64,000 nucleotides of DNA from Squalus acanthias (taxonomy: Eukaryota). Below, one piece after another: positions 24,441 through 37,892 of this stretch. The translations under genes were made by a program, and so were the position numbers. The stretch lies in NCBI GenBank assembly GCA_030390025.1, contig CM059432.1:15378001-15442000 (forward strand), written 5' to 3'. The notes below the pieces were generated by a model. The model saw only the letters and a list, made by a program, of their open reading frames with translations, searched no databases and was not told the DNA's origin. Numbering within the stretch: position 1 is the stretch's first letter; the number at the start of each line of letters is the position of its first letter.

Positions 24441-25089
24441 TTTAGTTCTAAATATAGAAAAATAGGAGCCAGGAGTAGGCCAATTGGCCCTTCGAACCTG
24501 CTCCGCCATTCAATGTGATCATGGCTGATCCTCTATCTCAATACCATATTCCCGCTCTCCCCATACCCCTTGATGCCTTTTGTGTCTTTATAGATAACAC
24601 GTGGTCCATGTGATCTCCTGGACTGGTTTCAATCAGCTGAGGGGGTCAGAGAGGAATTTTTGAGAGTATTTTTTTCCTTTATTGGTCCTGGGTTCTGCCT
24701 CTCTCATGGCTGCGGGGGGTGTGGGGCGGGTGGCTGGGGTGGTAGGAAGTGTCTAGTCATGATGCTCCAGCCATCATGTGTGTTGGGCAGGCTTGATGGA
24801 CCAGCTGATCTTTACCTGCCCGTAAAATTACCTGCTCGCCAGGGACCAAATATGGTGGTGCTCGCATTTTCGTGCCCACTTCCGGTGCGGGAAATCCTAC
24901 CACGAATTTAGCATGTGGAACGTCGACTTAGCACCTTAAAATTGAGTGAAATGCAATCAAATTGCTACCGCAATGTGTCAGTCTCATTGCCACTTACGTG
25001 CGCACTTGAGGCAGAGGCAGCACTGCCATCGGAGATGTGGCTGTAACTATCACCTTCAGTGATGTTCTCTGCCTCCGACCTCCAAACAG

Positions 25090-25645
25090 CATATGTACAG
25101 CATCTTTAATGTTCTAAAACATCCCAAGGCACTTCACAGGAATGTTAGCAAACAAAATTTGACACCGAGCCACATAAGGAGATATTAGGACAGGTGACCA
25201 AAAACTTGGTCACAGAGGTAGGATTTAAGGAGCGTCTTAAAGGAGGAAAGAGAGGTAGAGAGGTGGAGAGGTTTAGGGAGGGAATTCCAGAGCACAGGGC
25301 CTCGGCAGCTGAAGGCTCATTGGTGGAGTGACTAAAATCGGGGATGAGCAAGAGGCCAGGATTGGAGGAGCGCAGATATCTCGGAGGGTTATAGGGCTGG
25401 AGGAGGTTACAAAGAATGGGAGGGGTGAATCCATGGAGGGATTTGAAAGCATGGATGAGAATTTTAAAAGAAAGGCTTTGCCGGGCCGGGAGCCAATGTA
25501 GGTCAGCGAGCACAGGGGTGATGGGAGAACGGGACTTGGTGCACGTTAGGATACGGGCAGTAGAGTTCTGGGTGAGCTCAACTTTATGGAGGGTGCAAGG
25601 TGGGACGTCGGCCATGAGAGCATTGGAATAGTCGAGTCTGAACAA
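25090..25645 (-). mobile_element. L2-clade LINE 3' fragment
   Basis: RLDYSNALM...RSPITPVLADLHWLP...FKILI..FKSLHG..P..L.NLLQPYNPPRYLRSS. Confidence 0.85.
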
Positions 25646-27287
25646 AGCTGCATTGTTATAATACAAACCTCCTGCTGATCTCACCTAACATGCAAAAACA
25701 CCACATTATGCAAACAACTCGGCCATATCAAATGACCTCGAGTAACTCCAAGCTAACATCCTTGACCAGTTTCCATATTTTCTCCTCAATTACGTCAACC
25801 TTTTTGAAAGTAAAATTGGTTCAAAGTCAACACAAGCTTTCAAGGCTGAAAAAGCAAGTATAAAGAACTGGGGGCATCAGAAACAGTTCTGGGATTTTGA
25901 GAGGGGGCGTATAAACCACAATAATTCCACCCACCTATGATTGCCCCACAGCAGAGGCCATGTCACTAATATTTGCCACCTGCTCTCCTGAAAGTAGCAA
26001 AAGGACAATCAGATGACCCTGGATTCCTTGAATAATTACAGACTGAGAGCATGCTGCAGGCTTAAAAGATGGAACATCAGTTTGACAGACAAAGCAATCT
26101 GCTACTGACTCATCATGTGGGATGGCACTGGCATTAATTAGTCATCTGCTCCTAGGGGTCTGGAAGGTTATAGGTCACGCCAAAAGAAATACAGAGCAAC
26201 CTCTCCTGTACTCACTAGGTAATCACTTTTGGTTGGAGGTAACAGCTCCCCTGTGAGGAACTGTTACCCTTACTGTCAATAACTTCCATTTTCCTGCTGA
26301 TATCAGGCTATGCATGCTGAGTACGTAGTATGAAGCCATTGGTGGAAATGCACCTCACTGAGAATTTTTAATTTCAAAAATGACAGGAGGAGAAAAAGCA
26401 CGCAGTTTTTTTTAACGACGCAAGCCAAAACAATAAATTAATTTTAAATGACATAATCTGCAATGCAGTATGGCTGAGGTTCGTAGCAGAAGAAATACAT
26501 AGAAGTTACAACATGGAAACAGGCCATTCAGTCTTGTCCTCCAGTGTAACAGCACTGTGGCTTGGAGAAGTCAATGGGTGTGGAACCCTTTTGCAGCCTT
26601 AAGCTGCCCGTTTTATGACAACCAGTCGGGCAAATAGTTCTAATCACATTTACCCACCCTGTCCCATGTACTTTCAATCCCTTTTTTCCTTCATCCACCT
26701 ATCCAATTCAATCTTGAATATTGATAATGTTTCTGTCTCAACCACTAACCCTGGAAGTGAATTCCTCGCTGTGTGAAGAAGCTTTGTCTGCCTTCTGTTC
26801 TAAATCCCTTACAGAGGAAAGTCCTGCACACATTTGCAGGGCTTGAGTCAAAATTATTGGCACATCATCACCGTGAAGAAGTATTTGAAAGAGGCTTGTT
26901 CTCCAGTGTAACAGCACTGCGGCTTGGAGAAGTCAATTGGTCTGGAACCCTTTGCAGCCTGAAGCTGCTCATTTTATGACAATCACCAATTGCAATCCAA
27001 AGAACCATTTTATGACAAGAGAGAAAGAGTCTCGCCCTGAGTAATGGGATTTCTTTTCACTCTCCTAGTTCTTTGTGCTTGTCCTAGCAAGTAATTTTTG
27101 AAAGCACTATCCACCTACATGGCTCTTTAAATCACTGCTCAATAAAAAAAAATCCTGAAACTACACGGCAAAAAACTGCAGTTTAATGAAATCTGCAAAA
27201 TCAACCATTATAATTACTATGCATTGTTCAGCTAAAAGTATAACTATTCAAAACCAACTTTTATATACAATTACCAAATTAATTTAC

Positions 27288-27736
27288 GTGTCAGCTGTGG
27301 CTCAGCTGGTAGCACCCACGCCTCAAGCCCCACTCCAGGGACTTGAGCACAAAAATCTAGGCTGACACTCCCGGGCAGTACTGAGGGAGTGCTGCACTGT
27401 CAGAGGTGCCGTCTTTCAGATGAGATGCTAAACCGAGGCCCCGTCTGCTCTCTCAGGTGGATGTAAAAAATCCCATGGCACTATTTCGAAGAAGGGCAGG
27501 GCGAGTTATCCCTGATGTCCTGGTCAATATTTATCCCTCAATCAACATCACTAAAAACAGATTATCTGGTCATTATCACAATGTTGTTTGTGGGAGCTTG
27601 CTGTGCGCAAATTGGCTGCCGCGTTTCCTACATTACAACAGTGACTTCACTTCAAAAAGTACCTCATTGGCTGTAAAGCGCTTTGGGACGTCCGGTGGTC
27701 GTGAAAGGCGCTATATAAATGCAAGTCTTTCTTTCT
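27288..27736 (+). mobile_element. SacSINE1-like Deu-domain SINE
   Basis: Head with a small deletion, Deu core and tail. Confidence 0.85.
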
Positions 27737-27974
27737 TTAATTGGTTGTAGCTATACCAGACTGTAGTATCTTCTTGAATATGTCTTCATCCCTTGGTTAG
27801 GGCTTCTTCCCTCAATCTGCAGGGTTTAAAAGCCAAGTTTCATGCCACCTCATCACTATTTCTTGCTTTATCTCATTTTGTCTCCTATTCTTGTCAGTCT
27901 TTGTATCTTGTATCATGGGTCTTTACCCTCGAACTGGTTTTCTCAGTAATAACAAAAGAAATCCCTCAATAGAC

Positions 27975-28640
27975 AGCGTACAGTTTTTGGCACCGCACAT
28001 CAGGAAGGATGTACTGCCCTTGGAGGAGGTACAGCGCAGATTCACCAGAATATACCAGGGCTTAAAGGGTTAAATTATGAGCACAGGTTGCATAAACATG
28101 AGTTACATAGTCTTACCTAGTATTTACAGCACAGAAACGGGCCATTCTGCTCAACAGGACTATGCCGGTGTATATGCTCCACACGAGCCTCCTCCCACCC
28201 TTCTTCATCTAACCCCATCAACATATCCTTCTATTCCTTTCTCCCTCATGTGTTTATCTAGCTTCCCCTTAAATGCATCTATGCTCTTCGCCTCAACTAC
28301 TCCTTCCCTTGAGTTTACAAGGTTGAAGGGTGAGGGAATCCAGAACAAGGGGGGCACAATCTTTAAATTAGAGCTAGGCCGTTCAGGAGTGAAATCAGGA
28401 AGCACTTTTTCACAAAAAAAGGTAGTGGAAATCTGGAACTATCTCCCCCAAAAGGCTGTGGATCCCTGGTTAATTGAAATGTTCAAGTCTGATATCAACA
28501 GGTTTTTATTAGGGAAGGGTATATCAAGGGATATGGATCAAAGGCAGGTAAATGGAGTTGAGGGACACATCAGCTTGGTTTAACTGAATAGCATAACAGG
28601 CTTGAGGGGCTAAATGGCCTCCCCCTGTTGCTATGGTCAC
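27975..28640 (+). mobile_element. Old CR1 3' fragment with an antisense CR1 tail nested at ~28103-28302
   Basis: VQFLAPHIRKDVLPLEEVQRRFTR; VVEIWNYLPQKAV. Confidence 0.75.
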
Positions 28641-30059
28641 TGACTTTGCCTATCATGCTACATTTCCTCCTCACACCCCATTCCCGACTAACTGCCTTCT
28701 TTCCCAATCACTTAACTGTATCACGATAATGTGACAATGAGTCTATCTATTGATCTCAAAGTTTTCAGATGCGTCCTTCGCACTTCAGACATCAGACTTT
28801 GTATAAAACACCAATAAACCATAACTGAAGATTCTTTTTTTAAAAAATCATATGCAAAGTGAAGGAAAGCCAATCATTTCCTGTTATTTTTTTTTCTGGC
28901 CTTTAAGTAACTTGTCCTGTCCCTGAGTAGAGAAGACAGGCGACTGCCAATTTAGAGAAACTTCCAACAGTAAGCTGCCTCTAAAAGGATTACTTCCCAC
29001 AGGAATACCTGAGCAGTCACCTCAATGGGACAGAACAGGTTATCAGCTGAACTTCAGAACTGTGCTCTAGATCCCAGACCGCCCATGAGCAATGTCAAAG
29101 ATCATTAGATACTCAGAGGTTGTAGCTGATGTCTCTTGACACATAAGCACTCATAAAATAGCGAATCTAACGAGCATTTATTAGACATCTCTCAATGCTT
29201 CTTATTGCTAAATCTTTATTGTGAAACTACCCGTCCACTTTCTCTGAACACTAATCTTGTTTGTATGCTGCATTCATGTACAATCTTTAGCGAATAAAGA
29301 AAAGTTTATAGTCTAGCAGAAGGAGAACTGCCTTCAGTGACATCAACAGACCCGTTTATTTTTTTTTAATTCGCTTATGGGATGTGGGCGTCGCTGGCAA
29401 GGCCAGCATTTATTGCCCATTCCCTAGTTGCCCTTGAGAAGGTGGTGGTGAGCCGCCTTCTTGAACCGCTGCAGTCTGTGTGGTGAAGGTACTCCCACAG
29501 TGCTGTTAGGGAGTGAGTTCCAGGACTTTGACCCAGTGATGATGAAGGAGCGGCGATATACTTCCAAGTCAGGATGGTGTGTGACTTGGAGGGGAACTTG
29601 GAGGTGGTGGTGTTCCCATGCGCCTGCTGCCCTTGTCCTTCTAGGTGGGAGGAGGCTCATGTGGAGCATAAACACCGACATGGACCAGTTGGGCTGAATG
29701 GCCTGTTTCTGTGCTGTAGACTCTATGTTTGTGACAACTGGCGTGCATACACCTGAAGAAGAGGGTCGGAAACGTTCATGACAAAGATTTACTCCTGAAA
29801 CATTGACTAAGATATGCATCAATGTTACATAAGTTGGCTGTTTTGTGTGCATTGCCAAACTCTAGCTGTTGTTTACTCAGATTGTTTACTTTGCTTACAT
29901 TATTTGGGTAGGGGTAGCAGAATGAGACTGATGGGGAAAGAAGACAGTGGTTAATGAGTGTATACAACAATTGGTGGAACCAGAGCTGTCCATGAGGATG
30001 CCGAGGAAGACTCCTGTCTGACCAAATCCAGCTATCATTCTAACCAAATCTCACAGAAT

Positions 30060-30377
30060 CAGAATCATAAAATCACAACAGTGCAGATAGAGGCCATTTC
30101 GGCCCATCGAGCCTGCACCGACACATATCCCACCCTATCCCCGCAACCCCACATATTTAATCCCCCCCTAACACTAAGGGTCAATTTATCATAGCCAAAT
30201 CAACCTAACCCGCACATCTTTGGACTGTGGGAGGAAACCGGAGCACCCGGAGGAAACCCACGCAGACACGGGGAGAATGTGCAAACTCCACACAGACAGT
30301 CACCCGAGGCCAGATTCGAACCCGGGTCCCTGGCACTGTGAGGCAACAGTGCTAACCACTATGCCACCGTGTTGCCC
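30060..30377 (-). mobile_element. HE1-like V-SINE
   Basis: Reverse complement of the V-domain and tRNA head. Confidence 0.9.
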
Positions 30378-30659
30378 AAATCCTACTAAAACTTAAACAT
30401 TCACTGAAATAAGAAATTCAATTAGAGAGATGCTGTGCTGTGTAAGGATGTGTTAGTGCATTAAAACTCAATAACAGAAGGAATAAAACAGAGAAATATT
30501 CAGGTCATCTTTTAGAATCTTAAAGAGTAATTTTAATGCAAACCATCTGAAAGAGCAATAAATCTTGACCCATCATTGCTCTTTCAGATGTTAACTGGCC
30601 CGGTATGTATTTCCAGCAGTTTCTGTTTGTCGTCATTTTCCCTTCCGCCTCACGCTGCA

Positions 30660-32443
30660 GGGGAAAGGATATAAAAAAGACAAACGGAAATCTGGGTATT
30701 GGAGGTAATGAGTGTAAAAGCAAGGAAGTGATGTTGAATTTGCACAAGACATTGGTTAGGCCACGGCTGGAATATTCTGTGTAGTTTTGGCCACCCCTTA
30801 CAGGAAGGATATTAGAACCATGGAAAGGGGAATAGCACAGATTCACTTGAATGATGTCAGATATGGCAGGTTATAGTTATGAAGAATGGCCTCAAAAAAT
30901 TGGGGCTTTGTTCACTGGAACAGAGGAAGTTAATGGGACATCCAATGGATGTTTTCAAAATTATGAAAGATCCCGAGAGGGTAAAATAGTCAAAGATTGT
31001 TTCCACTGATCAGTGACTCTGTAACAAAAGTGTACAAACTCAGGATTATCACTACAAGAAGGGAAGCTAGATGTTTTTGACACAGAGGTTCATTTGAACA
31101 TCGAATGCTTTATCACAAGGGGCTATTGAGGCAAAGGCTATAACATCATTTGAAAGGGAACTGTATAAATATATAAGAGAGTCACTAATAAGTCCAATAG
31201 GGAATTGAAGAGAAACTTCTTTACCCAGAGAGTGGTGAGAATGTGCAACTTGCTACTATAAGGAGTAGCTGAGGTGAACAGCATCGGTGCATTTGAGAGG
31301 AATCTAGAAGCTGATGGGGTTAGATGAAGAAGGGTGGGAGGAGGCTCGTGTGGAGCATAAACACCGACATGGACCAGTTGGGCTGAATGGCCTGTTGCTG
31401 TGCTGTACAATCTGTGTAATACCTCTATGTATAAGTATTTCTGAAGAAAGCAAATAAAAGGATACAGAAAAAAGGCAGGGGAATTAGATTACAGTATATA
31501 GCTCCAGTTGAAGAACAATACAGACATGATTGGCCAATGGTCTCCTGCTGTGCTTTAATTTCTATTATTTTACATAACGAGTTTGAAAAAGCTGGACCGA
31601 TCATGAAATTTACCTGCGTTTATGCAAGTTAGTTTCAGTTAAAATTTAAAGAAGACAGCATAATGCGAGTGCTCCCATTTAAGAACATAAGAACATAAGA
31701 AATAGGAGCAGGAGTAGGCCAATCGGCCCCTCGAGCCTGCTCCGCCATTCAATAAGATCATGGCTGATCTGATCCTAACCGCCAATCTACTATCTATCAC
31801 AGAACCATCTCCTGCATCTAACAGAATTGCACACACGAAATAGGAGCAGAATCAGGCTACACAGTCCCTGGGCCCGCTCCACTACCCACAGGGCCATGAC
31901 CGATCCGAACCTAGACTCATGTCCAAATTCCTGCCCGCTCCCCGTAACCCTTAATGCCCTTTACTTCCAGGAAACTGTCTATTTCTGTTTTAAATTTAAT
32001 TAATGTTGTAGCTTCTACAGCTTTTTGTGGCAGCATATTCCATGGACCTACCACCCTCTGAGTGAAGTAGTTCCTCCTCATCTCAGTTTTGAAAGAGCAG
32101 CCCCTTATTCTAAGACTATGTCCCCTAGTTCTCGTCTCACCCGTCATCGGGAACATCCTCCCCGCATCCACCCGATCCAACCCCTTCACAATCTTATATG
32201 TTTCAATAAGATCGCCTCTCATTCTTCTGAACTCCAATGAGTAGAGTCCCAATCTACCCAACCTCTCCTCATATGACCACCCCCTCATCCCCGGGATTAA
32301 CCGAGTGAACCTTTTTTGCACTGCCTCGAGAGCAAGGATGTCTTTCCTTAAGTAAGGACACCAAAACTGTATGCAGTATTCCAGGTGCGGTCTCACCAAT
32401 ACCTTGTACAACTGAAGCAATACCTCCCTATTTTTATATTCTA
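30660..32443. mobile_element. Cluster of CR1 fragments (old + copy 30660-31570; minus copies 31682-31780 and 31835-32443)
   Basis: ORF 31917-32420 ([24 protein letters not shown]) and decayed equivalents. Confidence 0.8.
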
Positions 32444-33223
32444 TTTAAGGTACTTTTACTGCTACTTGTCCATCAGTGCCAAGTGGTTCTGGGTGCACAT
32501 CAATGTAAAAATGACAAAATAACTTGGGTTCCTCCTACCAAAGGTACTAAAGTCATGAGGTGTGCTGTACCCTCTGGAAGGGAGTTTCTCACTGGTTTGG
32601 GTTTGTACGAAGTGCAATATAAATCCAGCCTTAAAACTAAAAACTATTAAATGAAAAACATCTACCTACTTGGAGATATTTAAAGTTCACTTTTATTTCC
32701 AATTCCCTCTGCATATTGCCAATTTTGGCCCTTCACATCCAGCAGGATCGCAGGCAGCTGATATCACCTAAAGCGACCCATTGGCAAGCAACTCCTTAAG
32801 GAGCAATACCAATTGGCAACTGTTCCAGTCCTGAATGCCAATTGGGCTACAACTGAGCTGGGAAACTCCAGTGATGCCTTTGTTCATGCAATGCACGGAT
32901 TATACTCACATTCACTGCACATCTCCGAATCACAAGCCAGGATTGGAAAAGAAACAAAGTAGTGTGACTCACTAAGGAACTGCTCACTGATGGGATCTGT
33001 GACTGATATCCTCTTACTGGCGAATGCCCGCCATTCACTTACCTTGGACTCTAGGGGAATCAAGGGATATGGTGATCGGGCGAAAAGTGAAATTGAGGTC
33101 GAAGATCACTCTGATCTCATTGAATGGCGGAGCAGGCTGGAGGGGCCTTATGGCCGACTCCTGCTCCTCATTCTTTTGTTCTTATGTACCTTCTATATGT
33201 ATTTGAACCTCCCCAAAACTTTA

Positions 33224-33402
33224 GGATAGAATTTCTGATCAGCAAAGCTCACAAACAAATCCCTAATGCACTCATACGGCATTCCTATAGGTGAAATTTT
33301 TATTGGGGCATTAACCCAATGGCTGTGTAAAAATAGCACCCAATAGTACGAGTGTGTTCAACTTTCATGCATCAACTTTGCTGATCAGGTGTTTCACCCC
33401 CC
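33224..33402. mobile_element. Old palindromic MITE
   Basis: Inverted CTGATCAGCAAAG / CTTTGCTGATCAG near the ends; central ATTGGG...CCCAAT hairpin. Confidence 0.55.
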
Positions 33403-33438
33403 TGTATCAAAATAGGTAAAGAGGTGGATTTACTATCA

Positions 33439-33649
33439 CAAAAGAAAAATACTGCGGATGCTGGAAATCTGAATTAAAAACAGAAAATGCTGGAAATACT
33501 CAGCAGGTCAGGCAGCATCTGTGGAGAGAGAAACAGAGTTAACATTTCAGGTCGATGACCCTTCGTCAGTTCAGACGAAGGGTCATCGACCTGAAACGTT
33601 AACTCTGCTTCTCTCTCCACAGATGCTGCCTGACCTGCTGAGTATTTCC
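33439..33649. mobile_element. Head-to-head inverted short retroelement with hammerhead-like motifs and 14-bp TSD
   Basis: 76-bp arms (33492-33567 / 33574-33649, 2 mismatches); TSD TGGATTTACTATCA at 33425-33438 and 33650-33663. Confidence 0.85.
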
Positions 33650-34461
33650 TGGATTTACTATCAGTCTGCCTGTTTGGGACTAATTGGATAGCTCTTTCAA
33701 AGAGCCAGCACGATGGGCCGAATGGCCTCTTTCCGTGCTGTATCATTCTTTGATTCTATTCGTGTCATTAGGTTCAATATCTTCTTGTTCAGTCCATTTG
33801 TGTGGAATTCTAAAAATATTTTGATCTAAATAGTTTAATGATGAGGTCATATTACGGGAACAATGTTGTAGGCGTTACTGAGCCAGGCACAGTGAGGAAA
33901 CTGAAACGGAATTCATAATTAACCACGAGTGCTTCAGAGTCTGTACCATTTACCGAACACAAATTCCACTCCCTTGTATTGTGCAGTTCAGTAACTTTTT
34001 TCCCCATCATATAATCAACACTGACAATTGAAATAAAGTTTTCTCAAACAGAGAAAAAAATAATCAGAATTCTTTGCTACTCTTTGATGCCCCTCTTATC
34101 TCAGAAGGTACTGACTTAGTTTGGGATGTAACGGCACAGATACAGTGGTCCTCCAGTATCTCACCCCTGTCATCACTCCTCCCTTGTGAGTTTGGACAGT
34201 GAGTGTCAACAGGCATGGTCATCACAACCAAGCTCAATTCTTTCCTCATCAGACATTCACATGTGTACTTTTTCCAGCAAGGGTGACTGGACAACAATTA
34301 GGAGTGGGAATCCTGGCTGATTTTCTTTCCCCTCCCTAGTCGAGGGTACTCAGGCCAATTGTAGTACCCCTATTGCTACCCTACCTGAGTTTAGCTAACT
34401 CAACACCAGAAGCTTGGACTTTCTGATCTGTATGTGTTAGCACCACATCACACAGTTCTAC

Positions 34462-36435
34462 CACATTCAGTTGTGAATGGTGGTGGACCATTAAACAACT
34501 AGGAGGAGGCTCCATGAATATCCCATCCTCAATGATGGTGGAGCCCAGCACGTGAGTGCAAAAGACAAAACTGAAGCGTTTGCAACCATCTTCAGCCAGA
34601 AGTGCCGACTGGATGATCCATACTGGCCTCCTCCTGAGATCCCCACCATCACAGAAGCCAGTATTCAGCCAATTCGATTCACTCCACGTGATATCACGAA
34701 ACAGCACTGGATACAGCAAAGGCTGTGGGCCCCGACAACATCCCGTGCTGAAGACTTCTGCTCCAGAACTAGCCGCACCTCTAGCCAAGCTGTTCCAGTA
34801 GAGCTATGACAATGCCATCTATCCAACAATGTGGAAAACTGCCCAGGTATGTCCTGTCCACAAAAAGCAGGACAAATCCAATCCGGCCAATTACCGCCCC
34901 ATCAGTCTACTCTCAATCATCAGCAAAGTGATGGAAGGTGTCATCAACAGTGCTATCAAGCGGCACTTACTCACCAATAACCTGCTCACTGATGCCCAGT
35001 TTGGGTTCTGCCAGGACCACTCGGCTCCAGACCTCATTACAGCCTTGGTCCAAACATGGACAAAAGAGCTGAATTCCAGAGGTGAGGTAAGAGTGACTGC
35101 CCTTGACATCAAGGCAGCATTTGACCAAGTGTGGCATCAAGGAGCCCTAGTAAAACTGAAGTCATAGAAACATAGAAACATAGAAAATAGGTACAGGAGT
35201 AGACCATTCGGTCCTTCGAGCCTGCACCGCCATTCAATGCGTTCATGGCTGAACATGCTACCTCAGTACCCCATTCCTGCTTTCTCGCCATACCCCTTGA
35301 TCCCCCTAGTTGTGAGTGTTATATCTAACTCAATGGGAATCGGGGGGAAAACTCTCCACTGGATGGAGTCATACCTAGCACAAAGGAAGATGTTTGTGGT
35401 GGTTGGAAGTCAATCATCACAGCCCAGGACATCGCTGCAGGAGTTCCTCAGGGCAGTGTCCTAGACCCGACCATCTTCAGCTGCTTCATCAATGACCTTC
35501 CCTCCATCAGAAGGTCAGAAGTGGGGATGTTCGCTGATGACTGCACAGTCTTCAGTGCCATTCGCAACTCCTCAGATAATGAAGCCTTCCATGCCTGCAT
35601 GCAGGAAGACCTGAACGACATTCAGGCTTGGCCTGATAAGTGGCAGGTAACATTCGTGCCACATAAGTGCCAGGCAATGACTATCTCCAACAAGCGAGCA
35701 TCTAACCACCGCCCCTTGACATTCAATGGCATTACCATTGCTGAAGCCCCCACTATCAATATCCTGGGGGTCACCATTGACCAGAAACTTAACTGGACCA
35801 GCCACATAAATACTGTGGCAACAAGAGCAGGTCAGAGGTTAGGTATTCTGTGGAGAGTGTCTCACCTCCTGACTCCCCAGAGCCTTTCCACCATCTACAA
35901 GGCACAAGTAAGGAGTGTGATGGAATACTCTCCACTTGCCTAGATGAGTGCAACTCCAACAACACTCAAGAAGCTTGACACCATCCAGGACAAAGCAGCC
36001 CGCTTGAATGGCAACCCATCCATCACCTTAAACATTCACTCCCTCCACCACCAGTGTACTGTGGCTGCAGTGTGTACCAGCTACAAGATGCACTGCAGCA
36101 ACTCGCCAAGGCTTCTTCAGCAGCACCTCCCAAACCTGCGACCTCATCCAGCTAGAAGGACAAGGGCAGCACACGCATGGGAACACCATCACCTCCAAGT
36201 TCCCCTCCAAGTCACACACCATCCTGACTTGGAAGTATATCGCCGTTCCTTCACCGTCGCTGGGTCAAAATCCTGGAACTCCCTCCCTAACAGCACTGTA
36301 GGAGTACCTTCACCACATGGACTGCAGCAGTTCAAGAAGGCGACTCACCACCACCTTCTCAAGGGCAACTAGGGATGGGCAATAAATGCTGGCCTTGCCA
36401 GCGACGCCCACATCCCATGAACGAATAAAAAAAAC
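34462..36435 (+). mobile_element. 5'-truncated family-B LINE, interrupted by an antisense HER1-type tail (~35164-35328)
   Basis: ORFs 34829-35167 (NYRPISLLS, ALDIKAAFD), 35521-35943 (MFADDCT) and 35944-36372; A-rich tail. Confidence 0.9.
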
Positions 36436-36696
36436 ATTGTGCATTTACCTTCCAATCCATCAGTGGAGCTCAAGGTTTGATTTCTAAAAGGGAAGTTAGC
36501 TCAAGTAGTTCAGGAGGTCTTCTGCAAGATATGCCTTGTGGGTCGTCCACCCCCTTGGACTATGGTAATTAGATAACGAAGGAGTGGGCTGTTATTTCAG
36601 GATGTTCTTTTGAAAATTCAGAAATTTACCTGGAAAATGATGAATTCTGATGCATTTCCCTATTCCGTTTATTAATTTATTTATTTTTTGGTCCAG

Positions 36697-36786
36697 AGAC
36701 ACCACATTACTCATAAGGCAGAAGATGCCATTTATATTCAGACAAAGTCCAGTTACCTCATCTATCGACCTTACTGCAGACCGGAG
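36697..36786 (+). other. Candidate 90-nt internal exon of an unidentified gene
   Basis: Acceptor ttattttttggtccag, donor GAG|GTAACA; open in two frames (RHHITHKAEDAIYIQTKSSYLIYRPYCRPE or DTTLLIRQKMPFIFRQSPVTSSIDLTADR). Confidence 0.35.
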
Positions 36787-37539
36787 GTAACACTACCTTA
36801 ACCCTGGTTATTATGAGGTTAATAGAACTGTCTTGCTGTTATTCACTCCTGTATCTCTGCACTCCTCCCCTTTCTCTTTGTGTTTCTCTCTCCCTATGTC
36901 TCTTTACTTCCTCTCCGTGTCGGTCATCCTCCCTTTCTCTCTGTTGTATCCCTCTTTCTCTCTGTAATTCTCTGACTGTTAATGGGGCTTTCTCTATTCC
37001 TCTGTCATTTCTCAGCACTCCAAACAGCTGCCCTTTTCTCCAGCCTCCTCTTGCAACTTTATACCTCATCAGTGCACATACTGCAAAAGACACTCATACT
37101 CTTCCCTTCCCCATGCTCCTGAACAGCTGATCAGTCTGCTGTCTGAGTTGTTTTTTCACTCCCTGGACCTCACACCAGCAAGTCAGTGCATATTTAACTG
37201 CTTGGCAAGATTGATAGGATAAATCAGAGCCGCGCATGTCTTATGCAGCTCAGAATTGAGTCCCCAAAACTCAGTGGTCCCTCGCATCCACAGGATGATG
37301 GTGCCTTGAGCCACCTCTGCTTAAAGGGAGAACAGTATAAGCTTCTCTATAAGATTCCTATATCATCCACAGTCCACCTTTTATGCTTTGACTTATTTAT
37401 CGTACAATAAGAAAAGTTTATTTCACGCTTTTCATGTCGATTTTTTGCTGGGGTGCAATCCACAGGTTCCAGGAGACACATGGTGCCTCACCCCGTGCCC
37501 ATGCTTCATGTGTGAGTCTTTACAATGAGTTCCAAGTAC

Positions 37540-37892
37540 AACTTGTATTTATATAGCACCTTTAGCATCCGAAAATGTCCTCAGGTGCTTCACAGGAGTG
37601 ATTATCAAACAGAATTTTTACACCGAGCCACATAAGAAGATATTAGGACAGGTCAAAGAGGTAGGTTTTAAGGAGCGTCTTAAAGGAGGAGAGAGTGGCA
37701 GAGGGGCGGAGAGGTGTAGGCAGGGAATTCCAGAGCTTAGGGCCCAGGCAGCTGAAGGCACGGCCGCCAACGGCGGAGCGATTAAAATCGGGGATGCGCA
37801 AGAGGCCAGAATTAGAGGAACGCAGATATCTCGGAGGGGGTTGTAGGGCAGGAGGAGTTTGCAGAGATAGGGAGGGGGCGAGGACATGGAGG
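37540..37892 (-). mobile_element. L2 LINE 3' fragment
   Basis: Same tail as 25090-25645. Confidence 0.8.

Noticed and set aside
29750..29790. CTGAAGA...GAAACGTT hammerhead-like motif
   Set aside because: Stem II cannot form; at best a dead relic.
32762..32962. 66-codon stop-free stretch in unique DNA
   Set aside because: No suitable start or splice sites and no recognisable motif; such lengths arise by chance.
36840..36965. ORFs 36813-37130 and 36839-37093
   Set aside because: They arise from CT-rich low-complexity sequence.
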